Shown: piece after piece, positions 49,359 through 62,947 of the stretch
Layout of the letters: the number at the start of each line of letters is the position of its first letter
Numbering within the stretch: position 1 is the first letter of the stretch
DNA from: Entomortierella parvispora E1425
Lineage: Eukaryota > Fungi > Mortierellomycota
Direction: 5' to 3'
Assembly (NCBI GenBank): GCA_020891255.1
Contig: BQFW01000012.1
Coordinates: forward strand, 1,860,001-1,924,000
Length of the DNA: 64,000 nt
Translations under genes and position numbers: made by a program
Notes under the pieces: model-generated
Told to the model about the DNA's origin: nothing
Seen by the model: only the letters and a program-made list of their open reading frames with translations
Databases searched by the model: none

Positions 49359-50016
49359 GAGATGGATGGATGCGCAGAGAAGTGAGTGAGAGGGGGGAAG
49401 GATGAAGAGTGGAGTAGAGACGAGGAAACAATCAAACAATCAGCAATCAAACAATCAGCCGATTGATGGATCAAAGGGAGAGAAGGAGAAGGAGAGAAGA
49501 GAGAAGAGAGAAGGGAAAGGGGGAGGGAGGAGGGATGTTCTCTTTCCTTTCCCCTGCCTGCAAGCCTGTCCTTTTCGTCAAGGGAAAAAACTTTTTTTTT
49601 TTTTTTTTTTTTTGCATATTTCTTTCAGGGACAAGAGACATTGACTGAATGCGAGGTACGCTCTTTCTGTCCCCGCCTCTCTCTGCCCTCTCCGCTTGCA
49701 TCGATTCACTCGGGCCTCAGAATTGGTCTGCTGTGAGTGGTTGCGACTTTGCAAATTATCAAATCATCCATCACACAAATCGCTCCAATTGCTCGCTCGA
49801 ACCCACGCCACGCTGTCCACGCATGACACGCCCATGTGCAGTTGGCTCTCTCTCGCAATGTTGCATCAACACAGCTAAGCAACCACTATTTTCTTTTTCT
49901 TTATTACAAGCACTTTTCAAGTTTCTTCCTCATCATATCTACATGGGATAAACAAACAAGATATACAAACAAATCGCAAAAAGAATAAAATAAAATAAAA
50001 AAACAAAGGGATACTT

Positions 50017-53000
50017 TCACTGCTCCATCACCCCGAGGCCTTCGTACATCGCCCTCATCTGTGCCGGAAAGAGTTCCCGCAGCACTTGGTGGAACCCGTC
50101 TCGAACACCCGCCCCCCAAGACGATCGATCTGCGTCTCGCAAAATACGTATCGTCTTCAGAAGGTTGATCTTGGCCGGTGTCGACAATCTTGGCTCCTCG
50201 TCCAAGTTCACATTCATCAACTGGATCCCTGCTGCCGTCACCAATGAGAACTGGTGCCTCATCAACAGACACGGCTGAATCGTTGTGTCCGGAATGTTCA
50301 TAAGGTACTCGGCTAGAGACGTCATGGCATTAGCCGATTGGGCACACACTGCACTTGCTCGAGCGGGTTGGCAAGGAGGATGACGCAGATTCGTTCTCAG
50401 AAAAGGTCGGTAGAGTAGGATTCGGATCGTGTGGAATGAAATGCCAAGCAAGGTTGACTGAACCACATCTCGACCTTCATCTTGGTTGACAGTCGACGGC
50501 TGAGCGACACTGCTGGCAGTACCGACCCATTCTCGGTCCAAATTTCCTCCTGAATTGTCCTTCGATTGTCTCTGTCCATTCTTGCCTGAGTTCATGATAC
50601 CAGACAGTGGGAATGACTGCCAGTCGGCCAATGCTCGATGCCAGTCATCCAAAGACACGCTCAACTTTTCAAATTCGGCAGAATTCACAAACAGATTATC
50701 TGACCATGAAGCGAGAAAACAGAGAATGTCGTCCAGCAAAAGTGCCTGTCGACATTGCTGATCGAAATAGGCTCGTGCGCGGAACTGTGCCCCTGGGAGA
50801 TTTGGTGATACGCTCGTAGGCACTCCTGAGCCAATAGAGAGAGCATTCAATGTCGATGGTGCCCGCTGCTGTGCAATGTCTGCAGCGCCATCAGGTGTTA
50901 GCCAAAAGTCGGAAGAGAAAATAGAAGGTGTCACCTCGGCATCATTAGCAGGCTGGAAGATCTTTTTGGGCTTCTGTAACGGTCGAAGATGAGTCTTGTC
51001 AAAGATATGGACAGGAATATTCTAAGTAGCAAAAAAAATAGTGAGAAAATAGTCGAAAGACGGACAAATGTCGACATCCGACATACATTAAGACTTACCA
51101 CCGGTCGGTTGTAGGCTACAGACATCCATCGATCTACAATGAAGCAGTGCCACCAACAAAGCCACTGCTCGTCTTCTTGAGCCTTCGTCTCCTTCTTCTT
51201 CTCCTGTTCGGATTTTTGCTCCGCAGAGCCTTCCGAAGGCGAGGTCCGGCCAGTTTCGGCGTTACTAGATGCAAACTGAGTTCGATGCCATCCCAGCTCC
51301 ATGGCCATGGTAATGGCTGTGCCGCCATACATGTATGCCTGCTGATGATTACCAGCCATGATGGCGTATTCGCGGAGTAAGAGCACGGACTGTACCACGG
51401 CCAGCGACGGCTCTTCATACTTCGCTCGCAACAACTCTGTAGCCCAACGGAAATATTGCTCCCCGCGGTCTCGAAGATCCTCGTTATCAATCACATTTTG
51501 TCCGCGCTCGTCTGTTTCCATCAGCTCTTGTAGGCGAGACTCCCAGGCAGCGATTTTACATTGAGACTGTTGTTCCTCTGTCTGATACTCGGCATTGATC
51601 AGGGCCAAGCTTTTTTGTATTCGCCTGTTCTTGTCTTCAGCTGTAGTCTTGAGTGAAGATCGGTCATTGAGGTGTCGCGAAACTAGAGCCAACATGGCCA
51701 GGAGCAAAAGAGGACTCGTCGATGGACTGCTCGGGCTTTTTTCGGTCGAACGGTACCCAAAATCAGAGGGGACTTCCCACTTCTTGTTGTCTGTGCTCTC
51801 CTTGCCTGGACTGCGGCGGTTGAACGCGCAGTTTTCTTGCATGATGTGGATATGCAACTCTCGGGCCTCTGGGAAAGGCCCATAGGTCCCCCAGAACTTG
51901 ACGAGAAACCGATTTTTGTTCAAAATCATGAACTGAGGATGAATCAATGTGAAATACTGCTGCACCAGACTATGAAGGAGACCGGATCGACCCATTCTTT
52001 CCAAACCCTCAATTGATCCAGGGCCCTTCTCGTCGAATGCGGTGCTCTGGTTTCCAGCTGATCCAAGTGTGCATCCTGTAGGCAAATCGCCACTCGCACA
52101 TAAACCTCCAGTACTCGTTGGCTCTGCGTCATTACTTTGATCCACCGGCGCAGATTCTGGATCATCCATATCGACATCCATTTTGCTGAAGGAGGAGAGG
52201 ACATTTTCGGGTATATAGGCGCTCACGGCATTCACTGCTTCCATATCTACTGGCGCCGCTAGAGCTTTGATCTTTGCGATGTATTCTCCATACAGAAGAC
52301 TCGCGCGCTGGATGTTTTCTGTTTCATGGGCATTTTTGCGCGCGCGGATGCTTGCACTAGAAAGCGAGTACAGCGGATCCTTTAGACCTTGAGCTTGCTC
52401 CCTAGCTGCCTTCTTGGTGAACTTCCGCTTGGCTCCAGCATCAACATCTAGGCCAGAGAGGCCAGAGCTTGGTCTGTCAGATGAGAAGGTTCGAGGTATG
52501 ATCGCAGGCTGCAAATGCCTATCGCTGCTAGATTTTGTCTGGACACCATGCCCTGGGTTGCCAAAAAAAAAAAAAAAAAAAAAAAAAAAAACAAGTTAAA
52601 ACCTGGTGGGTGCCTTTTGATCTCTCGGCAAGTGGCTCTTTATCATACCTTGCTGCGACTGTGGAGAATGAGAGGCGCCATTGGACGAGGCAATAGAACT
52701 ACTGCTTCGTCCAGTAGAGGAGCCACGAGAGGTAAGAGTGGAGTTCGACGAGGCTGACGTAGGGGCCGGTAACTGTGAGGCAGAAGACGAGCCCATGGAG
52801 GAGAAGGATGGGAGAGTGATCTTGTGGGCCGCCTGTCTGTTGTTCTGGGTTAACTCCTGGAAAGGAGGAATCGAAATCAGGGACTGGTCAGAGAGCATGA
52901 TCGGAGACGCGATCTGAGGGGATGCTCGGTAGGTGATCTGCTCAAAACCGACGCCAGAAGAGCGTGACCCTATTCCAGAGCTAGACCCGCCACCACCGCT

Positions 53001-54276
53001 GGAGCCAGTAGAACCAGAGAGTGAGGCTACAGAGCCGGAACCAGAGTCCGAGCGAGAGCGAGAACGTGCAAGATGTGAAAGATCGACACCAGATCCAAAG
53101 GTAGCAGAGTGACGCTGACGCTCTTGCTGCTGATGATGTTGCTGCTGCCGGGAATTTTGATGTTGAGAATCATGGTTACCAGAAATGATCTTGCTGTCGT
53201 CGTTGGTAAGGAATTGAGTGGAGCTGTGGAGTCCATCTTCACCTGCTGCGATACCAGTATCAGATAGGCGTGAGCCTGGAACGTTTGGGCCATCGCCTGG
53301 ACCATCGCCAGGCCTAGAGTCCGTGCCCGCGAACAGTGTGTCTGCGGGGTTGTCGACGTCAACTGGAGGGGAATCTCTGAACGGTCGGTCAGCAACCCTC
53401 ACACCACCGCCACTGCCCCTGGAGCCATGGCTGCCTTCAGCAGTGGCACCGGCAGGCCTGAAACGGAAAGCAGGGGATGGCCCAGGAAGTGAAGATACAG
53501 GGACAGATGAAGAGGACGAGGCAGGGGTAGACACGGGGGCGGGGGAGGATGAATCAGAAAATTCTTTGTTACTTACAGACCTGTCGTGATTGTCAGGATT
53601 GTCGTGATTGTCGATGCGATCGTCGCCTTTGCTGCTGCCATTGCTGTTGCCATTGCTGATGTTTCCGCCGCTCTCCAGCTGGAGGGCATCAATCCCAAAG
53701 AACTTCATGTTGTTGTCACCTTCATAATGACATCGTACTCGGCTCTGCAGACACGACTGGCAGGGCGATCCACCATCACAGGGAGTGCGCGACATTTTGC
53801 ACGCGATGCACGGTAAACCTGGTATCCGAGGTCTCGGTAGGAACGTCCCTTGCTCGTTCGGCATCGAATTCATCGAGACCATAGACTGAAACTGCCCGCT
53901 TGCACCTGCACCTGCACCTGCACCTACACCATTTCCAGGAAAAGCCGGCGATGGTTCTGTGCTGTAGTTCCTACTGGGATTGAATCGCACCGAGTACGAG
54001 TTATTTTCCATAGGAGGTCCTCTGCGATGCGATCGAGTGGGCCCTTCCTGACTGTTGTAGTCGTTCTGGTTTCGATACTGCTGTTGCTGATTGTGTTGCT
54101 GCTGCTGTTGTTGCTGCTGATATTGCTGCGGTTGGTGGTGGTGGTGGTGGTGCTGCTGCTGCTGCTGCTGCCCCTGTTGCTGTGGCTGCTGCTGTCGAGA
54201 ATCCTGATGGTAGCCATTGGAATATTCACCTGGCGCAAACTGTCGATTGGGTTGCTGCTGGTACTGCTGCTGCTGC

Positions 54277-54369
<93 letters not shown>

Positions 54370-54914
54370 GGTTGTGATGGCTGCATTATTTGATGCTGAC
54401 GTTGTTGGTCTAGAAACTGACCATTGGAAGAATGCTGGATATAAGGCTGCTGTTGTTCATAAGGGTTATGATACTGTTGTTGTTGCTGCTGCTGCTGAAA
54501 TGGATAAGTGGATGGTTGCTGTTGGTCATTGCTACCTCCTTGGGAGCTGTAAGTGTTGTTACTAAAGTTGCTGTTGCCACTGTTGAAATTGTTGTTGTTG
54601 TTGCTGTAGCTGCTGTTGTTATCATTGAAGTTGAAGTTGTTGCTGAGGGCACCACTGCTGCTACCACCGCTGTTACTGCTGCTATTGTTTCCACTGTTGC
54701 CATAAGGAGTGTTACCGCTGTTATTGCTTTGCCCGTAGTTGCTGCCGTAGCTTCCGTCCAAGTTGCTGCTGTTGGGATTGTTCGCGTTGCCGTTGCTGGC
54801 GTTGGAACTATAGCTGTTGCTATTGTTATTAACGATATCGTTAAAAGAAGGAGCAAAGGAAGACGAAGGAGGAGGGGGGTGGTGATGGGGGTCGGTTCGA
54901 AACTGATGACTCAT
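50017..54914 (-). CDS. Zn(II)2Cys6 transcription factor with N/Q-rich N-terminus and fungal-specific TF middle domain; 3 exons (introns about 52649-52553 and 51097-50979)
   Basis: CIACKMSRTPCDGGSPCQSCLQSRVRC (C-x2-C-x6-C-x5-C-x2-C-x6-C); YFTLIHPQFMIL, SLAVVQSVLLL, AITMAMELGWHR, WWHCFIVDRWMSVAYNRP. Confidence 0.9.
54264..54368 (-). repeat. Coding polyglutamine tract of 35 codons, mostly (CAA CAG)n then (CAG)n
   Basis: 105 nt of CTG/TTG triplets on the + strand, between a Tyr and a Pro codon. Confidence 0.92.
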
Positions 54915-55192
54915 TGTTTAAGTAAATGAGATCATTCTTCAGTGAATGCGATGCGGGAGCGGATGAATAAAAAAAGGAGGATTGAGAGAACCAGACAAAG
55001 CTGACAGGATGGCAGTCGGAAAGCAGGGAGAGGGTTGAGAAGCAGTTTAAGCGAACAAGAAAGTTGGACTGGAGCAAAGAGTGAGAGCGGAAGACTCGAG
55101 GGCGGTTCTCTCACCGAGTCGCTGGGCTGGATGGGACTGGGCAGCGTAAAATGTAAAAAGGGACAGGTGGGCACTTCGATGCGCAAACGAAG

Positions 55193-55240
55193 CGAAGGTG
55201 CGAAGGTGCGAAGGTGCGGAGGTGCGAAGGTGCGAAGGTG
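55193..55240. repeat. Octamer tandem repeat (CGAAGGTG)x6, one copy CGGAGGTG, about 280 bp upstream of the Zn2Cys6 gene
   Basis: Read directly from the sequence. Confidence 0.92.
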
Positions 55241-56152
55241 TTTAGCGCGAAATAGAGCGAAGGAGGATAAGAGAGAGAGGGAGGGAAAGAGACTCGCACG
55301 GCGTCAGGGGTGGGGGCGTGTTGCTGCCTGCAATGTTGCTTGTGTGTGTGCCAGACAAGCTGGTCTGCACCTGCTTTGTTGGCCTTTGGTCTCGCCCATT
55401 ACGCTCAATACGCTCAGTGGGGCCTTTGAGTTTCCTCCTCTCTCGCCCATTGACTGGATCCATGCCCTCGGAACAACAAACCACCTCTAACCGCTTTGTT
55501 GGTCTGACTCGCACTTCCTTTTCTCTTTCCCTCGGTTTTGTCCCGCCCTTCTCTCTTTCTCTCTCTCTCTCACCCAAAGATCAACTTCCATCCTTTTGGC
55601 ACAAGCTGAAAAGAGCAAAAGAAAAAATAATAATGATATCGAGAGTGATATGGAAGAAGGGCCCCCCTACACTCCACCGCGGAAACAGAGAGCTTCCAGG
55701 TTCTGCGCAATGCAAGCTTTGTCCCGCCCGTCTCGTCCCTTCTCAGGTCCGATTGGAGAGGTCGAGGCGGCCTTTCGTGCTCGCCCCTTAATGTTTTAGT
55801 GAGATTCGTATGCTCGTCTCCCACAGCGAAGTGGGATCGGTAGCCAGTCTCGTTGGATCGCTTCGTCTCTTTTATACTGCTGTTTTGGAGACAACAGACA
55901 TTTGTGGGACCAGCCTTCCATTTGGTAGAATCTTTTCAATCGGCCTCATCTCCCAGTCACAGACTTTTGGAGACTTTTTTGAGTCGAAAAGCCACTTTGC
56001 CCTTGGACGCGGTTCCATCCCTTGCATGCCCTCCTCCAAGACAACCTCCTCTTCGCACCATTCCCCTCCTGTTCCCCTCGCCCCTCATCGACGCACGCAC
56101 ACACTTGTAGCAACAGCAATCAAAAAGAATAGCCCAGGACGCACACAACCAC

Positions 56153-57710
56153 ATGAAGACCTCCTCAGGAACGGCCACGAAGGCCTCAGAGTCACTTGCG
56201 TACCTCGATGACTACCTCGACAGTAACGTCCTTCTCCATGACCTTGTGTGCTGGACGAGTCAAAACGTTCAAATTTACAATGTAGTTGTGGGCAAGAAAC
56301 TGACGAAAGCATTGCTCTTCTCCTTTCAAACAACACCCAATGTGGCACTTTAGCGGTCGAGTCCCTCCCATTGGAGTTGCAGCGCCAATTCACATTGATG
56401 CAGGACTTGGATGCGAAGGCACAATGTAAGGACTCTTTCCAAATCACTCAACTGCCCAACACTACCTGACAACAGCCATTCATGAGACTCTTGGATACTC
56501 ACAAAAAGTTCACATTTAACGTTAGCCATCATGGCCGCCGTTGGAACAAAGGCGAACGAATTTATTGAGAATGTTCAGAAATGCACACCACAGGAACGAA
56601 TCAAGCTCTTGCAGTCACTCAACGAGATGCTGGTGGAGAGCTTGCGGCAGGGCGAGGAAAAGGTGGCCTTGGCTACCGCGGCATATGATGTCGTAAGTCA
56701 ACTGTCAACTTAACTGTGGTTCATTCTAGGGGACTATTCGTTTTCTCTTCAGGGCAAACACCTAACAGACTTGGCTCGCTTCCTTGATGACAAATTAGGT
56801 CGATCGACACGTTCGGCGCTTGGATGATGATTTGCAAAAGTACGAAGATGAGCAAATGATTGGACCTGGAAGACTGACTGGAACCAGTGCAGTGAACTCT
56901 GGATCCGCAGCAGCAGACCGAAAGGACGAGGCATCCAAAACAGCTACCTCCACCACAACAAGCTCCAAACAAAAAGGTGAATTTCGACGCGTGCGCCTCC
57001 ACTGCCAGATGGATTTTTGGAAAGAAAAAGACGACTCACATGTGCTTGCAATTACCTAATATACCATATCAGCATCATCCACACAAGACGCACAACCACC
57101 AAAGAGTAAGAGACGGACTTTTCCTTTGCGGATCATTTGACACTCCATCAATATTGAACAACTCTTTGACCTTCAACTACCATTGCTCTTCATAGGGAAA
57201 AAGCCTCACAATGACTCGTCCAACAATGCAGCGGCGACTACGTCATCATCCAAGGACAACAAGGGCAAGTCAACCACCACCACTGGCTCCAAGGGCGGTA
57301 AAAAGCCGTAAGTTCTCCCAGTTGATCAGGATCGAAGTTTGCCACCAAAAACACGTGACCTGGTCAAAACTGACACCCTTCGTTCTTCTAGTTCCTCTTT
57401 CACAGAGATGCCCATCGACCCCAACGAGCCCCTTTACTGTTATTGTCAACAAGTGTCATATGGCGAGATGGTTGCTTGTGACAATGGAGACGTATGTCAA
57501 ACAATCCGGATAACTTTTATGACTATGATATATGAAGAGGAATTGATCCGACAAACTAATGGTCTTTTTTTTTTATTCTTTATTGTATTTCGACTTCAGT
57601 GCGAGATTGAGTGGTTCCATTTGTCTTGCGCCGGTCTCAAGGCACCACCAAGAGGAAAGTGGTATTGCAAGGACTGCTCTCAAAAATCCAAGAAGCCTCA
57701 GAAGAAATAG
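56153..57710 (+). CDS. ING-family PHD finger chromatin reader (Yng2/ING4-5-like), multi-exon
   Basis: YLDDYLD|[20 protein letters not shown]; EEKVALA; [28 protein letters not shown]|[26 protein letters not shown]. Confidence 0.93.
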
Positions 57711-57777
57711 CGCGATGATGCTTGACTAGGAACTCATTCCCTTGAATTGTATTAAAAGAAATCCAAAAACAAAGGAC

Positions 57778-60415
57778 CTATCGTCGTTGGAACACCACTG
57801 GCACTAGTGGTGGACAAGGCGCAGAAGAGAGAGTGTATGTGAGAGTCTGACTGACAGTATCCTTTTTCTTTTTTGTCTGGCAATTGAAAACCCAAGCTCA
57901 CTTACAGACGATACAAATCACCAAAATCATCAGAAGGATGATGGTGCATGGTCGGGGAGTCCTGAGTTCGTGACAAACCACATATTTAGGAAGGCCATAT
58001 CGCCTCGGGTCCCACCAGTTTCTCCAGTTCCTCCCCTCGGTCCCGTCTCTTAGACCTAGAGACGCCAGTCCTTGTGCTTCCAGCTCTCTACGAATTTGAG
58101 GATCCAAGCCATCTGGTCCAGGGATTGTTTGAAGGGGATAGCGTCTCTTTCGGCGTGGCTGTGGCCGTGGTCGCTCTGTCAGATTTTGAACGAATGCCCC
58201 TGGATCTGTGGTACTGCGACGATGATCTCGTAAATGGGCGGGCTCGGGAGTGTCAGGTCCGTCTCCTTCACATCCCCCGGTACTAAGACAGGGCATCTCG
58301 GGAGCCGATGCGGAATGAGAATGCGCCGAGCTGCCATACAAAGAATGGCGAACCTCCCCAGATGGACTCAGAGGCAAGTGAAGACCCGGAGATTGGGAAG
58401 GATGATGATGACGATGATGAAAGAGTCGGGGTAAGGACGTGTGCTGTAGAATTATCCCAGGCAATTGAAGCCCTGCGTTAATGGCCTCTAAAGTCGTGGT
58501 GGCGCTTCGGTGGGCCAGATCAACTGTTGTCGGAACCACTGATTCAGTCAGGTATCCAAACGCAGCCTTTCCAGAAGAAACCGCAAAGGTCGAGATTCGT
58601 CCCACGGCTTCTGCTCCCGCTGAAGTGTGGTGCTGGTGGTGATGGTGGTGGGTGTGGTGGTTGTGGTGATTGTGTTGACTGTTACTGGGAGGGGATGAGA
58701 ACATGGCTACACGGCGCGGCAGGTCCACACCCCGTCTTGGTATCTCCTCACTGTCCTCATCGGCTGCATCCTCCATTCGGACTCTGGTTGACAAAAGAGA
58801 TGCAACTCCATATGTCCTCGATGAGCGGATTGACCCTTCATAAAGAGTGGATGCGTCCCGGTCTGTGTAGATTGACATTGACCGGATGGACGGCAGCATT
58901 TTCCAGTAGGATTCAAGGTGGCCAGGGGCAACCTCAGATGGCGCTAATGCCGCAGGATAAGAGTCTGCCACGACTGCTTCACCAAGATGCCTTTCCCGAT
59001 CCATTCGCCTTCGATTGCAATGTAGATTTCTTGGCGGCGCTTCCAGTTCAAAGGCCTTGTTCTTGGGCTCGAGGGACGAGCTCATCTGCTGCCTGTCACT
59101 GTCCACGCGAGAGTGATCACACAAAAGGGGCGAATTCAGAGTGGGTGAAGTCATCCAATGTGGCAGGAAAGGTGACGCGACTCGAATCGCCACCTCTGCA
59201 AGCGATGTTACAGAGGTATTGGCGCTAGTCTCCCTGGCGTCTATAATCTCCTGCTGTACTTCTTGCTTGGTTTCTGCGTCCTTTTCTACCGTCAATATCG
59301 CCGCTGATGATTCACAATTGGAACAGTCCTTCATCACCTCCGTCACCTCAACACCTTTCAACTCAAAGTAGTCCTCTCTCCCATTTGCTCCTCTTTGAGT
59401 TTCCTCTGGTCCACTTTCTGGAGAGGGATGTTCTAGATCATCGCCAAAGGTACTGGCAGTGATGAAGCTCTCAGCATCGCTGTCGTAGTTGTCATATCCG
59501 GTCGGTACAGAAGGAGCAAAAGCCTGCACTCCATCTTGAATAATGTCGCTTGTCTCGATTTGTGGGCCAGATACATCGACGGCGCCCTCCACCTCTGCGA
59601 CATCATGGTGATCGAGGCGGTAGATGACTAGAGCGTTGACAGAATCTGCTTCGATTGTTGGGGATGGCTCTGATTGGGCTAATGGAGGACTGCAGCAATG
59701 CCCGTGCCTTTCTGTGTCCGCTGGGGGGAACTCTGAGATCATGTCGTGTTCAGAAGTTGAGGCAACGATATCAAGGAAGTACGTGCGTGCGAATCGGGGG
59801 GGTATGCAGTTTGGGTCCGCCACTAAACAGACGTAGTTGTCCTAGCCCTTGATAAAAAAAAAAAGAAAAAGAAAAATACTCCTACTGGGGAAGAGACAGC
59901 TTCTGTTATGAAGAAAAGGAGTTTTGAAAGCAAGAGAAATGAACAGAACATCATGTCAACGTGTTACTCTGCCACGGCACCTCTGATGGGGATAATTATA
60001 AAAGGGAATGAAGAGAGAAAGGCGTTTTCTTGCCTCTGGTTATCTGCACTATCATTACTTAGCGAGACGGGTCATCAAACGTTCTGCTACCGAGCCACAG
60101 CCATATACGTGATCCATGTCGCGTCCACGCATGATGGTCATCCTAGGTAGACTTGATTGACTCACACCTCCTTTTCTCCCCTTCGCGTGGGAGCTCGGCA
60201 CTTTCATCCTCAAAGTTCAATGATGCAACCATTCAGCCAATGGTTTGGGTCCGGGAAGAGTTAAAACGGCGCAAATACAAGGCACAACCACTTCAGTCAA
60301 CAAGATAAGGCAATTAGACAACAAAACAACCTTAGTTTGTACCTGCGTCCTCCTGCACGACATCAACGAGAATGTTGACATCTTTGGAAGTGCTTCCGCT
60401 TCTCAAGACCAGCAT
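57778..60415 (-). CDS. Uncharacterised, largely disordered protein with one C-terminal TM helix (tail-anchored); exons about 60415-60343, 59822-57906 and a short last exon ending at 57778
   Basis: 641-codon open frame. The GTAAGT donor after VICIV and the CTAG acceptor give ...IILLMILVICIVLPVVFQRR*. A phase-1 upstream exon MLVLRSGS...EDA| fits the TTTAG acceptor at 59823. The 5' model is tentative. Confidence 0.7.
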
Positions 60416-62739
60416 GTTGATCAGATCGGAGTTTCTCTGCGTGGACTGGGCACTCTCCCAAGCACCACATTACGCTCGTCCGAGGCCCAAGCGCGTGCAG
60501 TCCACTCTCTTTGAGCTTTGGTCTGTGAGACGCGGTCAGACCATAAATGTCTTGAAAGAGGCTAGGGGTCTTGGACGCGTCCAGCTACAAAAAAGGATAC
60601 CCCTAGAAATGACCTGGGGTGGTGACCCTGCTTTCTTGTTTCGAAACCCTCGACCCTTTGGTCAGCACTCACCCCTTGATCAATGAAACAAGGTGAACTT
60701 TGAGGAAGAATGATAAACATTTTTCTTTGGTCGTAAGCAGGAAAAAAAATGTGTGAGCCCTGTCTTTCGGCGTGGACAGAAAGATCAGAGATGACCAACC
60801 AGACCACAAAATCAACTCTGAATTTGAAAAAAACCAAGTTGGTCTGGGCACCTACCCCATTGCTCATGTTTTTGCCACATGGAGAGCAAACGAGAGCCGA
60901 GGTCAGTTCTCAGCCACGATCTGCTAGAGAAGAGCATGTGGAAGGAACTATGAAGATGCGCACACTCGCCTGCTCATTTTTTTCCAAGCCGCAAAGCCGA
61001 CTGACGAACATTTCCTTCCAACGAGATGACACATCTAAATCCTCCGTCTCTTGAGTAATTTGGATAAATCATCCGCGGATAGTCGACAGGAAGATGGAGG
61101 CATAGACGACACCGATGCCACCACCACCGCCTCTTGCCATGTATCAGCTATGTTGATTATATAGATTACTATGCTACCCAAGCGTTTCTTGATCCAGGGG
61201 CGTTGCTTCCAAGGGGGTATAACATAAATGCATGCACTGAAAAATGATCCCTAAAAAAAAGAAATCTAGGGAATGCAATTGGTGTTGTCCACCATTGAGC
61301 AGCCTGGACCCAACAGTGGCAGGATCCCCAACGCAACTGAGATGTGGCGAACTGTTCCGTCATATTTTCGCTCGGCTTTGTCGATTTTCTCTCAAGACAA
61401 CCACGAGCTGCCCCCCCTCTCGCACGCGCGGCCAAGGCGTTGGGCTACGTATTGATGATTGTGCTCCCGTCCCAAGAATTTTGGGTCTCCTTTTTCTTCT
61501 GGTCGGACTGTTTGTGTGACCAGAGTCTTTAACAAAGAGACAATAATGACCGACCGTTGGATGGATGAAGATGCGTACAAGCGGCGCCAAAGACTGACAT
61601 TTAAAAAAAATTCTCGGCAGTTGTTTGTTTATTTACCATCACTTTTTTTTTTCTTCAAGGGTCCCCATACCGCTAGCCTATGTAGTAGAACTGCGGTAAG
61701 AAAGGCAGCAAAAAGAATAGTGCCTACATTCTCTATGTATCGAAGGGTTGTATAATGCTGATGTGTTTTGGAAAACCGCCAATGATCCATTCCTCTATCT
61801 CAGCCTTTTTCGTCCAAGACAGCAAACAACGATCCAAGCAAGGTCTCGAAATCGACAGTGTAACTAAGCAAGGGCGCTGCATCAACCTTGGTCGCGATTC
61901 ATTGTTATTGAATCGTTGATTCAATCCTCACCTTGTGCCTCAAGAGAGACAAAAGAGAGGCAATGTCCTTTGATCTACCGACAATGATGACGATGCGATG
62001 TATTCCTTTGGACAATGGATCGATTTTGTATTTTATTTTTTTGGAACCCAGCCTGCTTGTTCCGCCGTTTACCACCATCTCCCCTGCGATTATCATTATT
62101 CTCTACACTTGTTCAGCCGTCAGCAGACAATTGGTTTTCTCTCCATCACTTTTTCACTCACTCCACTCACCGGCCATTCCCACCAGACCCTACCGGCATG
62201 CCGTTATTAATCTATGTACAGTGCATACATGTAGGGAAGAAGTATCATCCAAGTGTCCGCAGTGCAGGGAGAGAGACCTATCAAGCGTTGAAATTGAGAT
62301 CGAAAAAAAGAAAAAGAGGCCGAGACAATAGGCAGAAATTAAAAAAATCAAGCTGGGCTCTCAGCACTCCAATTGTCCCGTCCTGCTGCTGTCCAACTCG
62401 CTGCTGGACCACACCTTTCCTTTTTTCCGAGTTCATTTCTCCCTTTTTGTTCCCTTCAGCCCCCGTTCTCTTTGTGTCGAGATTACAGTTAATGCCTGGC
62501 CTGTCATCCCCCCTTGTGTCGCCGTTCAATCTGTGTGTTTCTGAGCGAGAAATGTTTGCCCGAGTAAACGTTATTTGCCTCTGACTCGCCTCCTGTCTTC
62601 TCTGCCCTGCCCCTGCCCCTGTCCCAGGCTGTGTTCCCCTGACCAGGAGGGGAGGGGCAGGGCCCTGGACAATCCGGACTTTTGTGGCATTGACCCGGCA
62701 CACGCCCCTGCTCAGCAATTGCTCTTTCATGGCCACCAG

Positions 62740-62746
62740 TATAAAA
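62740..62746 (+). promoter_or_regulatory. Candidate TATA box (TATAAAA) for the DPBB gene
   Basis: TATAAAA about 200 bp upstream of the ATG, followed by a pyrimidine-rich leader. Confidence 0.45.
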
Positions 62747-62947
62747 ACCTAGGGGTCGTCCTCACTTTTTTTTTCCTCCCTCCTTCTTCACTCTATCATC
62801 TTTGTCTTCACTTCTCCCCTCCCTCGCGCACACAGCTCCACTCCACCCCCTGGAACTCTTCCTCTCCTTCTTTAACCCTCTTCACTCAACTACACGCGCG
62901 CGCACTCACGCTTTCACAGCTTCATCAAAAAAATACATATAACAAAG

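Noticed and set aside
53850-54929. Poly-Leu, poly-Val/Ala and poly-Thr ORFs
   Set aside because: Other-frame readings of the polyQ/polyN tracts of the Zn2Cys6 gene.
61072-61079. PDRE-like palindrome TCCGCGGA
   Set aside because: About 28 kb from the PDR transporter start and not in its promoter; a single 8-mer can occur by chance.
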